From the NCBI GenBank assembly GCA_963717505.1, contig OY970342.1:3552001-3616000 (forward strand): a DNA stretch of 64,000 nucleotides, in the 5' to 3' direction. Shown piece by piece: positions 41,617 through 53,167 of the stretch. Position 1 is the stretch's first letter; every line of letters begins with the position of its first letter. The notes under the pieces are model-generated. The model was given only the letters and a program-made list of their open reading frames with translations, did no database searches and was not told where the DNA came from. The stretch comes from Candidatus Eiseniibacteriota bacterium (GTDB lineage: Bacteria > Eisenbacteria > RBG-16-71-46). Both the position numbers and the translations under genes were made by a program.

Positions 41617-42045
41617 GTGACCCGGGCCTCGGCCGCGCTGATGGCGGCCGTCCTGGCCACCAATCTGGCCTTGCCGGCCGCTTGCGCCTTTGCGCAGGCG
41701 GCCTCGCCGTTTCCCGAGGTCGAGTTGTCTCCCCCGCCCAAGTCCTCGCACGGCTGGGCGTATGTCTCGATGATCGCCGGCGTCGGCCTGATCGCCGGCT
41801 CGTTTCCGCTCAAGGACACGGCAGATCAGGCGTACGAGGACTACCTGGTCGCGACCGAGGCTGACGACATCGAGGAGCTCTACGACCGCTCGCGACGCTA
41901 CGACGTCCTGTCGGGGGTTTCGCTGGTGAGCGGCGAGGTGCTGCTGGCGTTCGGTCTCTACCTGCGCTTCATGCGCGCTCCCTCACACTCGCGAGTCCAG
42001 CTGTCCGCTGAGGCAGGACGATGCGCTCTGTCGCTGCGCTTCTAG
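41617..42045 (+). CDS. Hypothetical exported/membrane protein
   Basis: Signal-like N-terminus and two hydrophobic segments flanking ADQAYEDY…LYD. Packed between rpsT and the next gene. Confidence 0.65.
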   Translation: MTRASAALMAAVLATNLALPAACAFAQAASPFPEVELSPPPKSSHGWAYVSMIAGVGLIAGSFPLKDTADQAYEDYLVATEADDIEELYDRSRRYDVLSGVSLVSGEVLLAFGLYLRFMRAPSHSRVQLSAEAGRCALSLRF

Positions 42046-43262
42046 CCCTCGGCGTACTGCTCGGCGGCTGCAGCGAGCGCGAGCGGGCCAATCCGTTCGA
42101 TCCGTCGAACCCGGGCACTCACGGGCGTCCGGCCGGGTTCATGGCGGTCGCGGGGTCGGGCTACGTGCAATTGCGCTGGCAGAGCCCGGTCGGCATCGAC
42201 CTCGAAGGGTTTCACCTCAAGCGCCGCGCCCAGGGCGACAGCGTCTATCGGGTGCTCGTCACACGCATCCAGCCGCTCTCGACCACGTTTCTCGACACCA
42301 ACGTCTCGAACGATCGCCGCTACGACTATCGGCTCTCGTACATCTTCGACGGGGAGATCTCGGCGGTCGCTGCCGAAGACTTCGCGACACCCGGCCGGCT
42401 GCGTCCGTGGGTGAGCGACGCCGGCGCATCGGAAGTTCTGCTGCTCTCGGCCGACGGGCGCCGCGTGGTGTTCGCCGAGCGCGGGTTTTCCTCCCCGGTG
42501 CCGCTCGCGGTCGACCCCGCCGACGGTCGCGTCTGGGTCGGCGACAACTACACCGGCGAAGTCACCCTGCTGCTGTTCGGCACGCGGGTTCGCATCACCA
42601 GCTTCCTGCGCCCGATCGCGATTGCGCTCGATCCGCGCGACGGCTCGGCGTGGGTGTGCGACGAGAATCTCGGCGAGGTCGGCCACTACACGCGTGACGG
42701 CGTCCGCGCGACTCCACCGCGGATCGGGCCGTTCTCCCTGCCGATCGCCTCGGCGATCGATCCGGTCGATGGCACGATCTGGGTGTGCGACAACGGAGCC
42801 CGACAGGTGCAGGTGTTCAACGCCGACGGCACCCGAAGGCGGACCATCGATACGCCTCGCCCCTCGCGCATCGCGATTCATCCGGTGACGCGTGACGCGT
42901 GGGTCACGTCGTTCGAGCAGGGCGTGGTCCTGCGCTTGCCGTACGACGGGCTCGGCTTCGAACAATTCGACGGTTTTCGCGGCCCGATCGGCATTGCGGT
43001 CGACGGTGCGCGCAATCGCGTCTGGGTGGCCGAGGCCGTGGCCGGCCGGGTGCTGGCGCTGGACACCGATGGGACCATCGAACGTGCAGTGACCGGCTAT
43101 CCCGAAGCCCGCGAAATCGCGGTCGATCCTCACACCGGAAACGCCTGGGTGGTGGTGGCGCGCACGCGGCGGATCGCGGTCGTGACCCCCGAGGGCGCCG
43201 AGATCGGGGCGGTCGAGGGCCTGGCCGGGCCACTCGGGATTGCGCTGGATCCGGGGCGCTAG
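42021..43262 (+). CDS. Lipoprotein with FN3-like domain and NHL/YVTN-like beta-propeller
   Basis: Lipobox LLGGC, ERANPFDP, FN3-like VQLRW…FLDTNV…YDYRL, and repeats PIAIALDPRDGSAWV. Confidence 0.8.
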   Translation: MRSVAALLALGVLLGGCSERERANPFDPSNPGTHGRPAGFMAVAGSGYVQLRWQSPVGIDLEGFHLKRRAQGDSVYRVLVTRIQPLSTTFLDTNVSNDRRYDYRLSYIFDGEISAVAAEDFATPGRLRPWVSDAGASEVLLLSADGRRVVFAERGFSSPVPLAVDPADGRVWVGDNYTGEVTLLLFGTRVRITSFLRPIAIALDPRDGSAWVCDENLGEVGHYTRDGVRATPPRIGPFSLPIASAIDPVDGTIWVCDNGARQVQVFNADGTRRRTIDTPRPSRIAIHPVTRDAWVTSFEQGVVLRLPYDGLGFEQFDGFRGPIGIAVDGARNRVWVAEAVAGRVLALDTDGTIERAVTGYPEAREIAVDPHTGNAWVVVARTRRIAVVTPEGAEIGAVEGLAGPLGIALDPGR

Positions 43263-43284
43263 CCATGCGGGCCCGAAGTCGAGG

Positions 43285-45594
43285 TCAGCGCACCAAAGCG
43301 ATCTTTTTCGCCTGTCCTCGTCCCCCCTCGACCACGCGCACCCAGTAGAGCCCCGGCGGCAATCCCGCCGCACTCACATTCACGCCGTGTCGCCCGGGCG
43401 CGAATCCGTACAACTCCTGCCGGCGCACGACCCGCCCCGCCAGATCGGCGATCTCGAGATGCGCCGGCGCGCCTCCTTGCAGCACGATGTCGGCGCGGAA
43501 CACGCTCGCGGCGGGATTTGGGATCAGCCGCTCGATGCCCGCCGTGGGAATGGGCGGCGACGGTAGCGGGCCCGCCGGCTCCAGCCTCCGGAAGAACACG
43601 TCGGGGTTGTAGTAGCGGCCATCGCCCCACGCGATCGCCACGCCGTAGTCGCCTGAGTGCAGGCCCATGTAGTCGCCCTGGTTGGGCGACAGATTCGCGC
43701 CGACGTCCGACCAGCCGGACGGCTCGTCGCTCATGGCACCGAGCGGGGTCCATGACCCGCCGCCGTCGTCGGAGCGCGAGGCGTAGACGTGCGACCAGGC
43801 GCCGCAGGTGACGTCGGTCTGGTCGCGCCAGTCGTACCACGCGGCATACACGCGTCCGTCCGGCGACACGGCGACTTCGGGGAACCAATTGTCGAACCAC
43901 GGGGGATCGTCGCTGACCCGCACCGGCTCGCGCCAGGATTCGCCGGGATCGCGCCCGGCGACGAACACGTCGCGATGGTCGCGGGCGCGTTCCGCGCCCG
44001 CCGCCAGCATTCCGGTGCGCATGCGATAGCCGCCCTCGGCGCCCCCGAAGCCCGCGAGGCGAACGAGGTAGACGGCCGATTGGGGCAACGTGAAGACCAT
44101 GACGCGGGGCCGGCCCGCCCACCCGGGAGCGCTGTACGCGAGTCGCATCGCGCCGTCGGCGCACATCAACCGCAACGACGCGTTCAGGTCCGGGCCGGTC
44201 GAGTCGGCGTAGAGGAATACGGTCTGCCCGCGCTCGCCGGCAAATCGGAACAGTTCGACGTCGTCGCGTTTGTCGACGACGCCGCGCACCGTCTCTCCCA
44301 CCACGATCGGGGTAGCGACCTCGGCGATGTCGTTGGGTTCGATCTCGTGACGCTCGCCACCGCCGCCGGGCGGGTCGTCGAAGTAGTTGACGCCCTCGTT
44401 CCAGGCGACGTACGCGCGTCCACGATGCGGCCCGTTCGAGCGGTCGACCGCGAGCGCCGGAAACATCAGGCCGTAGCCGCGGTCGAATCCGGGAGCACCG
44501 CTGCCGAAGTTCGGGTACACGGCGGCGACGTCCTGCTCGTCCGAGAAGGTCGCGCCGCCGTCGTCCGAGACCCGATGGCGGAAGTGATCCACGCCGAGCG
44601 ACGCGCGCGTGGTGTCCACCGCCATCCACACCACGTGGACTTCGCCATCGGGGCCGACGGCCGGGCGCGAACCCTGGACCAGGCCCTGATCGCGCGGCGA
44701 CGACAGGATATCCGGCAGCGACCACGACTGATTGTCGTCGGTCGAGCGCTGGAACTCGATCTGATCGCTCTGGTCGCGGACCTTGAGGAAGAACGTGGTG
44801 TAGCTCAGGTAGAGAGCCCCGGTCAGCGAGTCGGCGGCGATCCAGGGTTTGTCGGGCAGCGTGTCGCGCACCGCGCGCGTGAGGACCGGCGTGCCCCAAT
44901 GCAGAGCCCCACCCGAAAACTCGCCGCGCAACACGCCGATCGCGTTCTGCAGCTCGGTGGTGATCACCATGCCGGCGAAGTAGAACGCCCGCGTCCGTTC
45001 GTTGACCGTGACCACCGGATCGCTGACCCAGCGGGCGACGCGCCCGGCGATCGGCAGGTCGCCGCCGTCGACCCAGGTGCGGCCGCTGTCGGCCGACCAG
45101 CCGTAACCCATGCCCCCGATCCGGCTGCCGCCGTCGTTCCACGCGGCGACCAGGAAGGGGCCGGTTCCGGCGATCGAGACTTCGGACTGAGTCGAGAGCG
45201 GATTGCCGTCCGTCGCCGGGTTATTCACCAGCCGATTGAGCGCCCAGGGGCTCACGGCCGCCCGAGGCACCACGCGACCTGCCCCCTGAGGGCCCCCAGT
45301 TTCGTCGTGGTCGCGCGGCCGGCGCGCCCCCGAGCCCGGGGCGGGCAATCGGTTCCGCACCCGCCACGGCTTCGCCAGCTTGGCGCGCGCACCGTCGTGG
45401 AGCAGCTGGACCTGAAGCGTCTTCAGCTCACGGCGCAGGTCCTCGATCGCAGCCGCCGTGGTCGACGGAAGGTCCGGGGCGGGCGCGCGATTCGATGTGG
45501 GCGCTGCGTCGGATCCGGCGGCGTGGGGAACGGAAACACCCAGGGCGCCGGCAAGGAATGCCAGCGGAATCCAGCGTGCAGCCGCGGGTGGCAC
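43285..45594 (-). CDS. Secreted sialidase/BNR (Asp-box) protein with inserted PPC-like domain and C-terminal sorting-like domain
   Basis: Asp boxes SADSGRTW, STDDNQSW, SDDGGATF and SDDGGGSW; DKPWIA; EIEPND…DDVELFRF (PPC-like); C-terminus PNP…DLAGRVV…GLYWVR. Confidence 0.8.
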   Translation of the reverse strand: MPPAAARWIPLAFLAGALGVSVPHAAGSDAAPTSNRAPAPDLPSTTAAAIEDLRRELKTLQVQLLHDGARAKLAKPWRVRNRLPAPGSGARRPRDHDETGGPQGAGRVVPRAAVSPWALNRLVNNPATDGNPLSTQSEVSIAGTGPFLVAAWNDGGSRIGGMGYGWSADSGRTWVDGGDLPIAGRVARWVSDPVVTVNERTRAFYFAGMVITTELQNAIGVLRGEFSGGALHWGTPVLTRAVRDTLPDKPWIAADSLTGALYLSYTTFFLKVRDQSDQIEFQRSTDDNQSWSLPDILSSPRDQGLVQGSRPAVGPDGEVHVVWMAVDTTRASLGVDHFRHRVSDDGGATFSDEQDVAAVYPNFGSGAPGFDRGYGLMFPALAVDRSNGPHRGRAYVAWNEGVNYFDDPPGGGGERHEIEPNDIAEVATPIVVGETVRGVVDKRDDVELFRFAGERGQTVFLYADSTGPDLNASLRLMCADGAMRLAYSAPGWAGRPRVMVFTLPQSAVYLVRLAGFGGAEGGYRMRTGMLAAGAERARDHRDVFVAGRDPGESWREPVRVSDDPPWFDNWFPEVAVSPDGRVYAAWYDWRDQTDVTCGAWSHVYASRSDDGGGSWTPLGAMSDEPSGWSDVGANLSPNQGDYMGLHSGDYGVAIAWGDGRYYNPDVFFRRLEPAGPLPSPPIPTAGIERLIPNPAASVFRADIVLQGGAPAHLEIADLAGRVVRRQELYGFAPGRHGVNVSAAGLPPGLYWVRVVEGGRGQAKKIALVR

Positions 45595-45663
45595 CGAGTC
45601 CCTTCCCTGTGCGGCCAGGCGGACCCCGCTCTTCGGAGTCCGATCGGAATCGTTCCGCCCCGG

Positions 45664-48590
45664 CTAGAAGTTGAACCCGATACTGAACTGCATCACCGGA
45701 CGGCGGGAGAAGTGCTGGAAGTCGGGCGTACTCCACACCCAGTTCCAGCGGATCGCCGGATAGTAACCCCCGAGGAGGTAAACCCCGAAACCGGCGCTCC
45801 CGACCTTTGAGTGGATGGGGCCATTGCTCAGCCAGGCGGCATCGGCGAACGCCGCTCCACCGACGTAGGGCAGGGTCCACATGCCGGGCACCGCCAGGCG
45901 CAGTCGGCGCAGCAAGGGATAGCGAAGCTCCTGCTGCACCAGCATGGTTTGATACCCCGCGAACGACCTGCGGTCGTAGCCCCGCAACGAGAACGAGCCG
46001 CCCATGTAGTAGCGCTGGGCGTCGTTGCCGCCGCTGGTCTGCGCCTGAACCCGGGTCACCGACACCACGTGCGGCACCGGCATCATGTACTGCCGCGCTT
46101 CGGCTCGAAGCGAGGTGTAGTTGCCGTCGCTGCCCGCCAGGTCGCGCGTGAAACCGGCCGAGAAGTACAGCCGCTGGCCGCCGCTCGGGCCCATCCACGT
46201 CCAACGCGTGTTGTCGTGGACGATCGAAGCGTAGTTCGAGACCAGGTCGGCGGAACCGAACTGGCCGTTCTGGTAGAAGTGGTTCTTCGCGTGGCGCACC
46301 ACCAGCTGGCCTTCGACTCGCGTGAACTTGCTGAACGGATAGCTCAGCAGGCCCTGGATTCCCAGGCGCGGCTCGCGGCGGACCACGTCCAGCTCGGCGT
46401 CGTAGATCTCGGTCAGCCGGAACACGCCGACTCCCCAGTTCAGGCGGCGCGCGCGGTTGATGTAGGTCAGCCGAGCCCTGGAAGCCGTCCCAGAAGTTGC
46501 CGAAGCGGTCGGCGTCGTTGCCCACGTAGATGAAGATCTGCTCGTTGCCGAGCACGTCGCTGAGCGCGATCTGGCCGGCTGGTTCGGCGCCGCCGCCGGT
46601 CGGGTCGTATCCAATCGCGTTCTGCACCAGGTCGAACGACAACCGGCGCTGATAGCGTGACGGCGGGTCCGAGTAATGCGCGACGGGCAGCACCGGAACC
46701 CGCGCGGGCACCGGTTCGGGCTCGATCGCCAGCGAGTCGGGATCGAATTCGATCTGGAAGGTGTGGAACGTGACCTCGTGCTGGGCGGTGAACACGAGCC
46801 CGCGGCCGTCGTTGAGCCAGTCCGGATCGGTGGCGGGCCCGATCAGGCGCGTGACACGCCGCGCCTCGGCGGCCGGCTCGGCTGGCCGCACCCACAGATC
46901 GCTCGTGCCGCCGCGCGTGGAACGGAACGCGATCCACTTGCCGTCGGGTGAGTAGACGGGCTGGCGGTCGTCACCGGACGGCGGCTCGCTGACCGCTTCG
47001 GGTCGCGGAAGGCCCGTCGCCGGCACGTCCCGCGGCGCCGCCAGAGCGAACACGGCCGGCGCGGGTGCCGCCACCGTCAGGTCGTCCTCGACCGACTCTT
47101 CGATCGCCACCGGCCCTTGCGGGGCCGAATCGACGGTGAGCGCCATGCGGAACAGCGAGTAACGTCCACCGCGATCGCCGCGGTCCGAGGCGAACACCAC
47201 CCAGCGCCCGTCCGGCGAGATGCGGGCTCGACGTCGTCGAAGTCGTCGTTGGTCAGCCGCTCGAGCCGAGCGCGATTCGCCCGACCAGCGTGACGCGGTA
47301 GAGGTCGGTGCGTCCGCCGTAGTCCTGACCGGAGAACACGATCGAACGGTCGCCGGGCGCGAGCGTCGGATCGTTGAATCGCGACCAGATGCGAGAAGTC
47401 GAAGCGCTTGACGGCCCGGCCGCGATTGGGGTCCACGAGCAGCAGGGCGTCGCGACCCCCCTGCTTGGACGACAGCACGATCAGTGCCGGACGGCGAGAC
47501 GTCGGGCCGGTTCTGGAACAGGTGGAACGATTCGAACCGGGCGACGTGCCCGCCGCGCAGCAGGCGATCGTCGCGCCGCTTGCCCTTCTTGTCGACGGCT
47601 CGCTCAGCATCAGGTCGACGCCGGTCTCGCTCGCCGCGAAGTAGCAGAAGCGGACCAGCGGAATCGGGATGGCCCTTGGCCGGCAGCACGCGCGGGCCGA
47701 GATGGTAGTAGCCGCGCCCGCTCAGGCGCTTGGCGATGTCGTCGGGCTCGTGCGCGGTGGCGACCACCGGATAGTAGCGACGCCGCAGCGACTCGAACCA
47801 CTCCTCGTCGAGCCGCTGCAGCGGTTCGCCGAACGTCGAAACGGAACGCGGTCTCGAAGTCGTCGGCCTGTGCCAGTTGTCCATCACGTCGATCAGCTTG
47901 TCTTCGCCGTAGCGCTCGGCGAGCCAGAGCAGGAAGGACTGGCCCTCCTTGTACATCAGCACCGTGCCGGTGATCGCCTCGCTGTGGGTCAGCGGCATGG
48001 CCTCGGCCCGAGATCACCGCGTCGCGCAGCAGGCCCTCGGCGTCGGCGTCCCAGGTCGTGCCGCAGTACTCGGCCAGACCCTCGATGAACCAGAGCGGCG
48101 GCAGGTAGTTCTGCGTGCGCTTGTGCTCGCGCATGACCCGCGCCGAGCTTCTCGAGCATGTAGGCGTGCGCCAGCTCGTGACGCGTCACCCAGCGCGAGG
48201 CGGGCCCACGAACCGGTGTGCGGCAGCAGCACGCGGCCCTTGATCAGCTCGGTCAGTCCGCCGGTGCCCTCGGAGATGAAGCTGGGCGTGGCGTTGGTCT
48301 GCTGGAACAGGTGGTGGACCGAGTAGAGCAGGAACGGAATCTTGCGCTGGGGCGGCAGCCGGAAGCGCGCGTCGTACTCGACGCACACGCTCTCGGCGAT
48401 ACACGGCCAGATGGCGCGCGAGGCTCTCCTCTTCGGCGTAGTAGTGGAGGCGCAGGTGCGGGGTCTCGAGGACGGCCCACTCGAGCGTCTCGTACTGGAC
48501 CTTGTTCTTGCCGAACACCTGCGCACCGGCCGACGACACGCATGCCAGCGAGACGAACAGCGAGATGCCGACGGCAAGGCGGTGCCCCAT
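45664..48590 (-). CDS. Omp85/BamA-family protein with N-terminal gluzincin peptidase and PD40/TolB-like propeller (frameshifted)
   Basis: Signal peptide, FGKNKVQY, HELAH…WFIEGLAEY, PD40 repeats (SPDGRWVVFASDR, SPDGKWIAFRSTR), SDVLGN, LRGY and terminal FSIGFNF. Confidence 0.82.
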
Positions 48591-48621
48591 CACTCGACTA
48601 GGTACTCCGAGGGGGATGGTC

Positions 48622-49389
48622 CTAGATTCCGCGGCCCCGGGTCGCGAGATGTTCCAAATGATACATGCCAGCCGGCGCGCTGGCCACGAAATCGTGCGGC
48701 CGCCAGGACCCCATGGGCGAAGGCCGCCCGGTCCTGAGCGACGTGCCGCAACTCGAGCCACTCGCCCGCCCCTGCGAGCGAGGACGGTGTGGTCGCCGAC
48801 CCAGGTGCCGCCGCGCACGGCGTGAATTCCCAGTCTCGCCTGGCGGGTCGTGGCCCAACTCGGCCGGCGCGGCCGTGACGGAATCCGGACTCCGGGATCT
48901 CCCGCGTGCCGCCGACTTCACGGGCCAGCGTGAGGGCCGTCCCCGAAGGGGCGTCGACCTTGAACCGATGATGACGTTCGACGATTTCGACGTCCCACGA
49001 CTCCGGCAGGACTTCGAGGGCCGCCTCCAGGCGCGGCGAAGGGCCAGCACTCCAAGGCTGAAGTTGCTGGCAGTCAGCACTGCCACGCTCCGAGCCGGTC
49101 GCCACCACCCGGCCTTCCTCGGCCGCGTCGAGGCCGGTGGTGCCCGAGACCAGGGCCGCACCTGCCGTTACACACAGATCACATGCAGCCATCGCGCCTT
49201 CAGGCGAGCTGAAATCGACGACCACGTCGCCTGGGCGCCAATGGCTCATCCAGCTCCGGCAAACCCTTGCTTTGTGACCGGGGACGATCGATTCGACGCC
49301 TTGATCCGGAACCCGCCGGCCGCGGTCGCAGCCTCGGCGATCGCCCGTCCCATGCGCCCCGCCGCCCCGACCAGAACCAGGCCGATCAC
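48622..49389 (-). CDS. dapB: 4-hydroxy-tetrahydrodipicolinate reductase (frameshifted)
   Basis: Motifs GAAGRMG, DVVVDFSSP, VSGTTG, SNFSLGV, EIVERHHRFKVDAPSGTA and RAAFAHG. Confidence 0.9.
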
Positions 49390-49435
49390 GCCCAGCCGCC
49401 GCGGGTCACCGTGGCCCTCGATCGAGTGGTTCCGA

Positions 49436-50333
49436 TCACGCGCGGCCACCGGTGGTCGCCGCCGCTTCGAGCGCGATGCCGCTGGCGCGGGCCGCCGCCA
49501 GGATCGCCTGTTCACTCGCCGGCTCGACCGGCACCAGCGGCAGGCGCAGCTCGTTCGCCATGATCTTCATCGCCGAGAGCAGGTACTTGACCGGGCCGGG
49601 ATTGGATTCGATGAACAGCGCCTTGAACAGCGGCAGCAGCTTGCGATGTGCCGCCTCGGCCTCGCCATTCGCCCGGCGCGCGCGTGGTCGCACAGCGCGC
49701 GCATCTCGCGCGGCGCGACGTTGCCGACCACCGAGATGATGCCGCGTGGCGCCGACCGCGATCATCGGCAGCGTCAGCGAGTCGTCGCCGGAGAGCAGGG
49801 TGAGCCGGTCCGGGCCACGAGCGCGCTCGCCTGGTCGAGGCTGCCCGAGGCCTCCTTCACCGCGACGATGTTGGCAGCGTCCGACCTTCTCGAACGTCTC
49901 GGGCAGCGTGTTGGTCGCCGTCCGCCCGGGCACGTTGTAGAGGATGAGCGGCAGCTTGGTGGCCGCGCCACCGCCGGTGAAGTGCGCGACCTGCCCGCGC
50001 GGCGTCGGCTTGTTGTAGTAGGGCGTCACCAGCATCGCGCCGTCGAGCCCCAGCTCCTCGGCCATGCGCGTGAGCGCGATGCTGTCGGCGGTCGAGTTGG
50101 TGCCGGTGCCGGCGATCACCGGCACGCGCCCGCGCGCCCGCTCGCGAACGAACGCGCCACAGCGTCCGGCGCTCTTCGACCGAGCAGGTCGCGGCCTCAC
50201 CGGTCGAGCCCGAGACCACGAGCCCTTCGACGCCGCCCTCGATCAGGAACTCGACCAGACGGGCGGTGGCGTCGAGGTCCAGCTCGCCGTCCCGAAATGG
50301 CGTCACCATCGCGACGATCAGTCCTTCGAACAT
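49436..50333 (-). CDS. dapA: 4-hydroxy-tetrahydrodipicolinate synthase (frameshifted)
   Basis: Motifs AMVTPF, GSTGE, GTGTNST, VTPYYNKP, LYNVPGRT, VKEASG, LSGDD and ESNPGPVK. Confidence 0.93.
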
Positions 50334-50353
50334 TGCTTCCTCCCTCGCTCGGT

Positions 50354-51189
50354 TCACGAATGGGTGACCGGCGCGGGCTCGACCCATGCGCCCGTGAAGA
50401 CGGTTTCGACCGGCCCGCTCAGCCACACGTCATGGCCGCCGGCGACCGGACGGAACGTGACGCGCAGCTCGTCACCGCCGGCGGTCAGGATCGCGACCGG
50501 CGATGGCGCACCGTCGGCCGCGGCCGCCACGGCCGAGGCGATCGCGCCGCTGCCGCACGCCAGCGTCTCGCCCTCGACGCCGCGCTCGTAGGTGCGCATC
50601 GCGATGCGCCCGGCGCCGAGGCGCGCCACGAAGTCGACATTGGCGCCGGCCGGCTCGAAGCGCGCGTGCTGGCGCAGCGCGGGCCCCCACTCGCCCACCG
50701 GCGTCCACTCGACGCGCTCGACGCCGACCACGAAGTGCGGCACGCCGGCGCGCACGAGACGCCCCTGAAAGGTTCTGCCCGCGGCCTCGACCGCGGTCGT
50801 TCGCTCGCCGGCGGGCACGATGCCGAAGTGCAGCTCGATCCGGCCGTCGGTTGCGGCGCGCGCTTCCTGGATGCCGACCGTGGTGCGGAAACGCACGCGG
50901 CCGCTCGCGGCCGAGCCCCAGATCGAGCGCGCGCCGCGCCAGGCAGCGGGCGCCGTTGCCGCAGTAGTCGGCGGGCCGGCCGTCGGCGTTGAAGTAGCGC
51001 ATCGCGAAGTCGCACTCGGGGTCGCGCTCGATCAGCAGCACGCCGTCGGCGCCGATGCCGCGCCGGCGGTCGCAGAGCGCGCGCGACCAGCGGCTGGAGG
51101 GCATCGCCCGCCGGCAGGAACGGCGTGCGATGGTCGACCACCACGAAGTCGTTGGCGGCGCCGTGCATCTTGACGAACGGGAATTCCAT
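50354..51189 (-). CDS. dapF: Diaminopimelate epimerase (frameshifted)
   Basis: Motifs FVKMHGAANDF, GIGADG, NADG…CGNGARC, GVPH, ANVDF and RTYERGVEGETLACGSG. Confidence 0.93.
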
Positions 51190-51192
51190 CCG

Positions 51193-52260
51193 TCAGGGCC
51201 CTCCGCCCTCGCGGCCGCAACCTGAGCTCGATGTCGTCGAGCCGGCCGGCCGGCTCGATCACCACCCGGACCCGAGCCGTCGAGTTCTCGCGCTCGCGGT
51301 CGAACTGACCGTTCGCGTTCAGGTCGCGAAATGCTCCCAGCAACCAGGGACCGGGGTCGAGGCGCAGCTCGAAGTCGCCGTCTTCTTCGGCGTCCACCAT
51401 GACGCTGCGCGTGGTGTCGGACTCGAGCCGCGCGACGACCCGCAGCACGCCCGTGCTGTCGCCGAGCGAGTCTATCACAGTGCCGTGGACGCTCCCCAGG
51501 CGCGCGCGGATTGACGACGATCAGCTGCGATGCTGTCGGCTCGCGGGCGCCTCGGCGGTCAGCGCGAACGTGGTGTCGATCGGGGCAGCACGTCGGCGTT
51601 CGGCTCGAACGAGCGGTTGCCGTTCAGGTCCGCGAACGCCCACAGCCGGTAGCGTCCCGGGCACCGCGAGGCCGACGATCTCGGAAGCGACTCGTCTTCG
51701 TCGACGATGCCGAGCGCGTCGAAGTCGCGCGCCGTGCTGTCGGGCGCGTGCGCCCGGCCGTCGTAGCACCACAGGTAGCAGCCTTCGCTCGTCGAGACCC
51801 GCGCGCGTCGAGCTCGCCCGCGATCGAGCCGGGCGGGAAGGTCGCGCGGTGCTGAACACGACCGTGGCGCCGCTCGCCGTATCGGGTTGCCGTGTCGATC
51901 GCGCGCCGGTGCCCCGAACGAACAGCGTGTAGGTCTGCGCCGAGTCGAGCGGCTCGCGCCAGAACCAGCGTCAGCGTGCGTCCGCTCCACCGCCGCTGCT
52001 TGATCGGAACTCCGGGGGCGATCGCCACCGCCTCTCCGGTCGAGCGCGGCTCCATCGGCTCGCTGAACGTGATCGAGGGGTGGACGTCGATCGGCACCCC
52101 GGCCGCACCGGAGTCGGGTCGCTCTTCTCGACCCGCGGCGGGTCGAGGTCGGGCGGGCCGCCCGAGGGCGGCGCGATCTTGGCGCACGCCGGGAGCAGGA
52201 AGACTCCGACGCGAAGCACTGCCGCGGAGCTGCGCAGTCGGCGTGCGACGTCCCGCTCAC
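51193..52260 (-). CDS. Lipoprotein with bacterial Ig-like (Big_5) domain (frameshifted)
   Basis: Lipobox LPAC followed by [23 protein letters not shown], and DxNGN motifs ([15 protein letters not shown]). Confidence 0.7.
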
Positions 52261-53167
52261 GCACGCGGATGCGCGCGCTGGTAGGCCTTACGCAGTCGGC
52301 CCCGCGAGACGTGCGTGTAGACCTGCGTGCTGGCCAGCGATCGGTGGCCGAGCAGCTCCTGGATCGCGCGCAGGTCGGCGCCGCGATCGAGCAGGTGGCT
52401 GGCGAACGAGTGGCGCAGCGCGTGCGGCGTCACGCCGAGGCCGGCGCGCGACCTCGGCCAGCCGGCGTCGGACCACGCGCTGGACGTGCGACCCGAGAGC
52501 CGCGCGCCGCGCGCGTTCAGGAACAGCGGCTCCGGCGCCGCGCGCCCGCTCCGCCCCGGCGCGACGCGCGCCTGCGCGGTGCGCCGGGCGACGTCGATAG
52601 CGGTCGAGCGCCGCGAGCGCCGCGCCGCCCCGACCGGCACGATGCGCTCGCGCCGGCCCTTGCCGCGCACGCGCACCAGTCGGGCGCCGCGGTCGAGGTC
52701 GCCGCGGTCGAGCCCGACCAGCTCCGACAGCCGCAGCCCCGACGAGTACGCCAGCTCGAGCAGCGCGCGGTCGCGCAGGGTGGCGGGATCGCCGCCGGCG
52801 ATGCGGTCGAGCGCGCGACCGAGTTCCTGCGCCGGCAGCGTGCGCGGCAGACGCTTCGGCAGGCGCGGGAAGGCGAGCGCGCGCGCTGGATCGCGATCGA
52901 TCACGCCGCGCCGCACGCAGAAGCGCGAGAAGCTCCGCCAGGCGGCCAGCGCGCGCGCGGCGCTCGAGGCCGCATGCCGGGTGCGGTAGAGGTCGCGCAA
53001 CGCGCGCTCGAGGCGCTCGCGTGTCCACTCGGACGGCGCCACAGGCTTGCCCGGCCCCGGCGACGCGATCGAGCACGCGGGCGATGTCGCGGCGATACGC
53101 GGCGAGCGTGTGCGGCGAGGCCCGCCGCACCGAGTCCAGCTCGGTCAGGAACGCTCGAGCGCTTCAC
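52257..53167 (-). CDS. xerC: Tyrosine recombinase XerC (frameshifted)
   Basis: Motifs [74 protein letters not shown] and AHPRA. Directly follows topA. Confidence 0.88.

Noticed and set aside
38396-53167. Phage or ICE integrases
   Set aside because: Both tyrosine recombinases have XerC/XerD signatures and housekeeping contexts (uvrC, topA).
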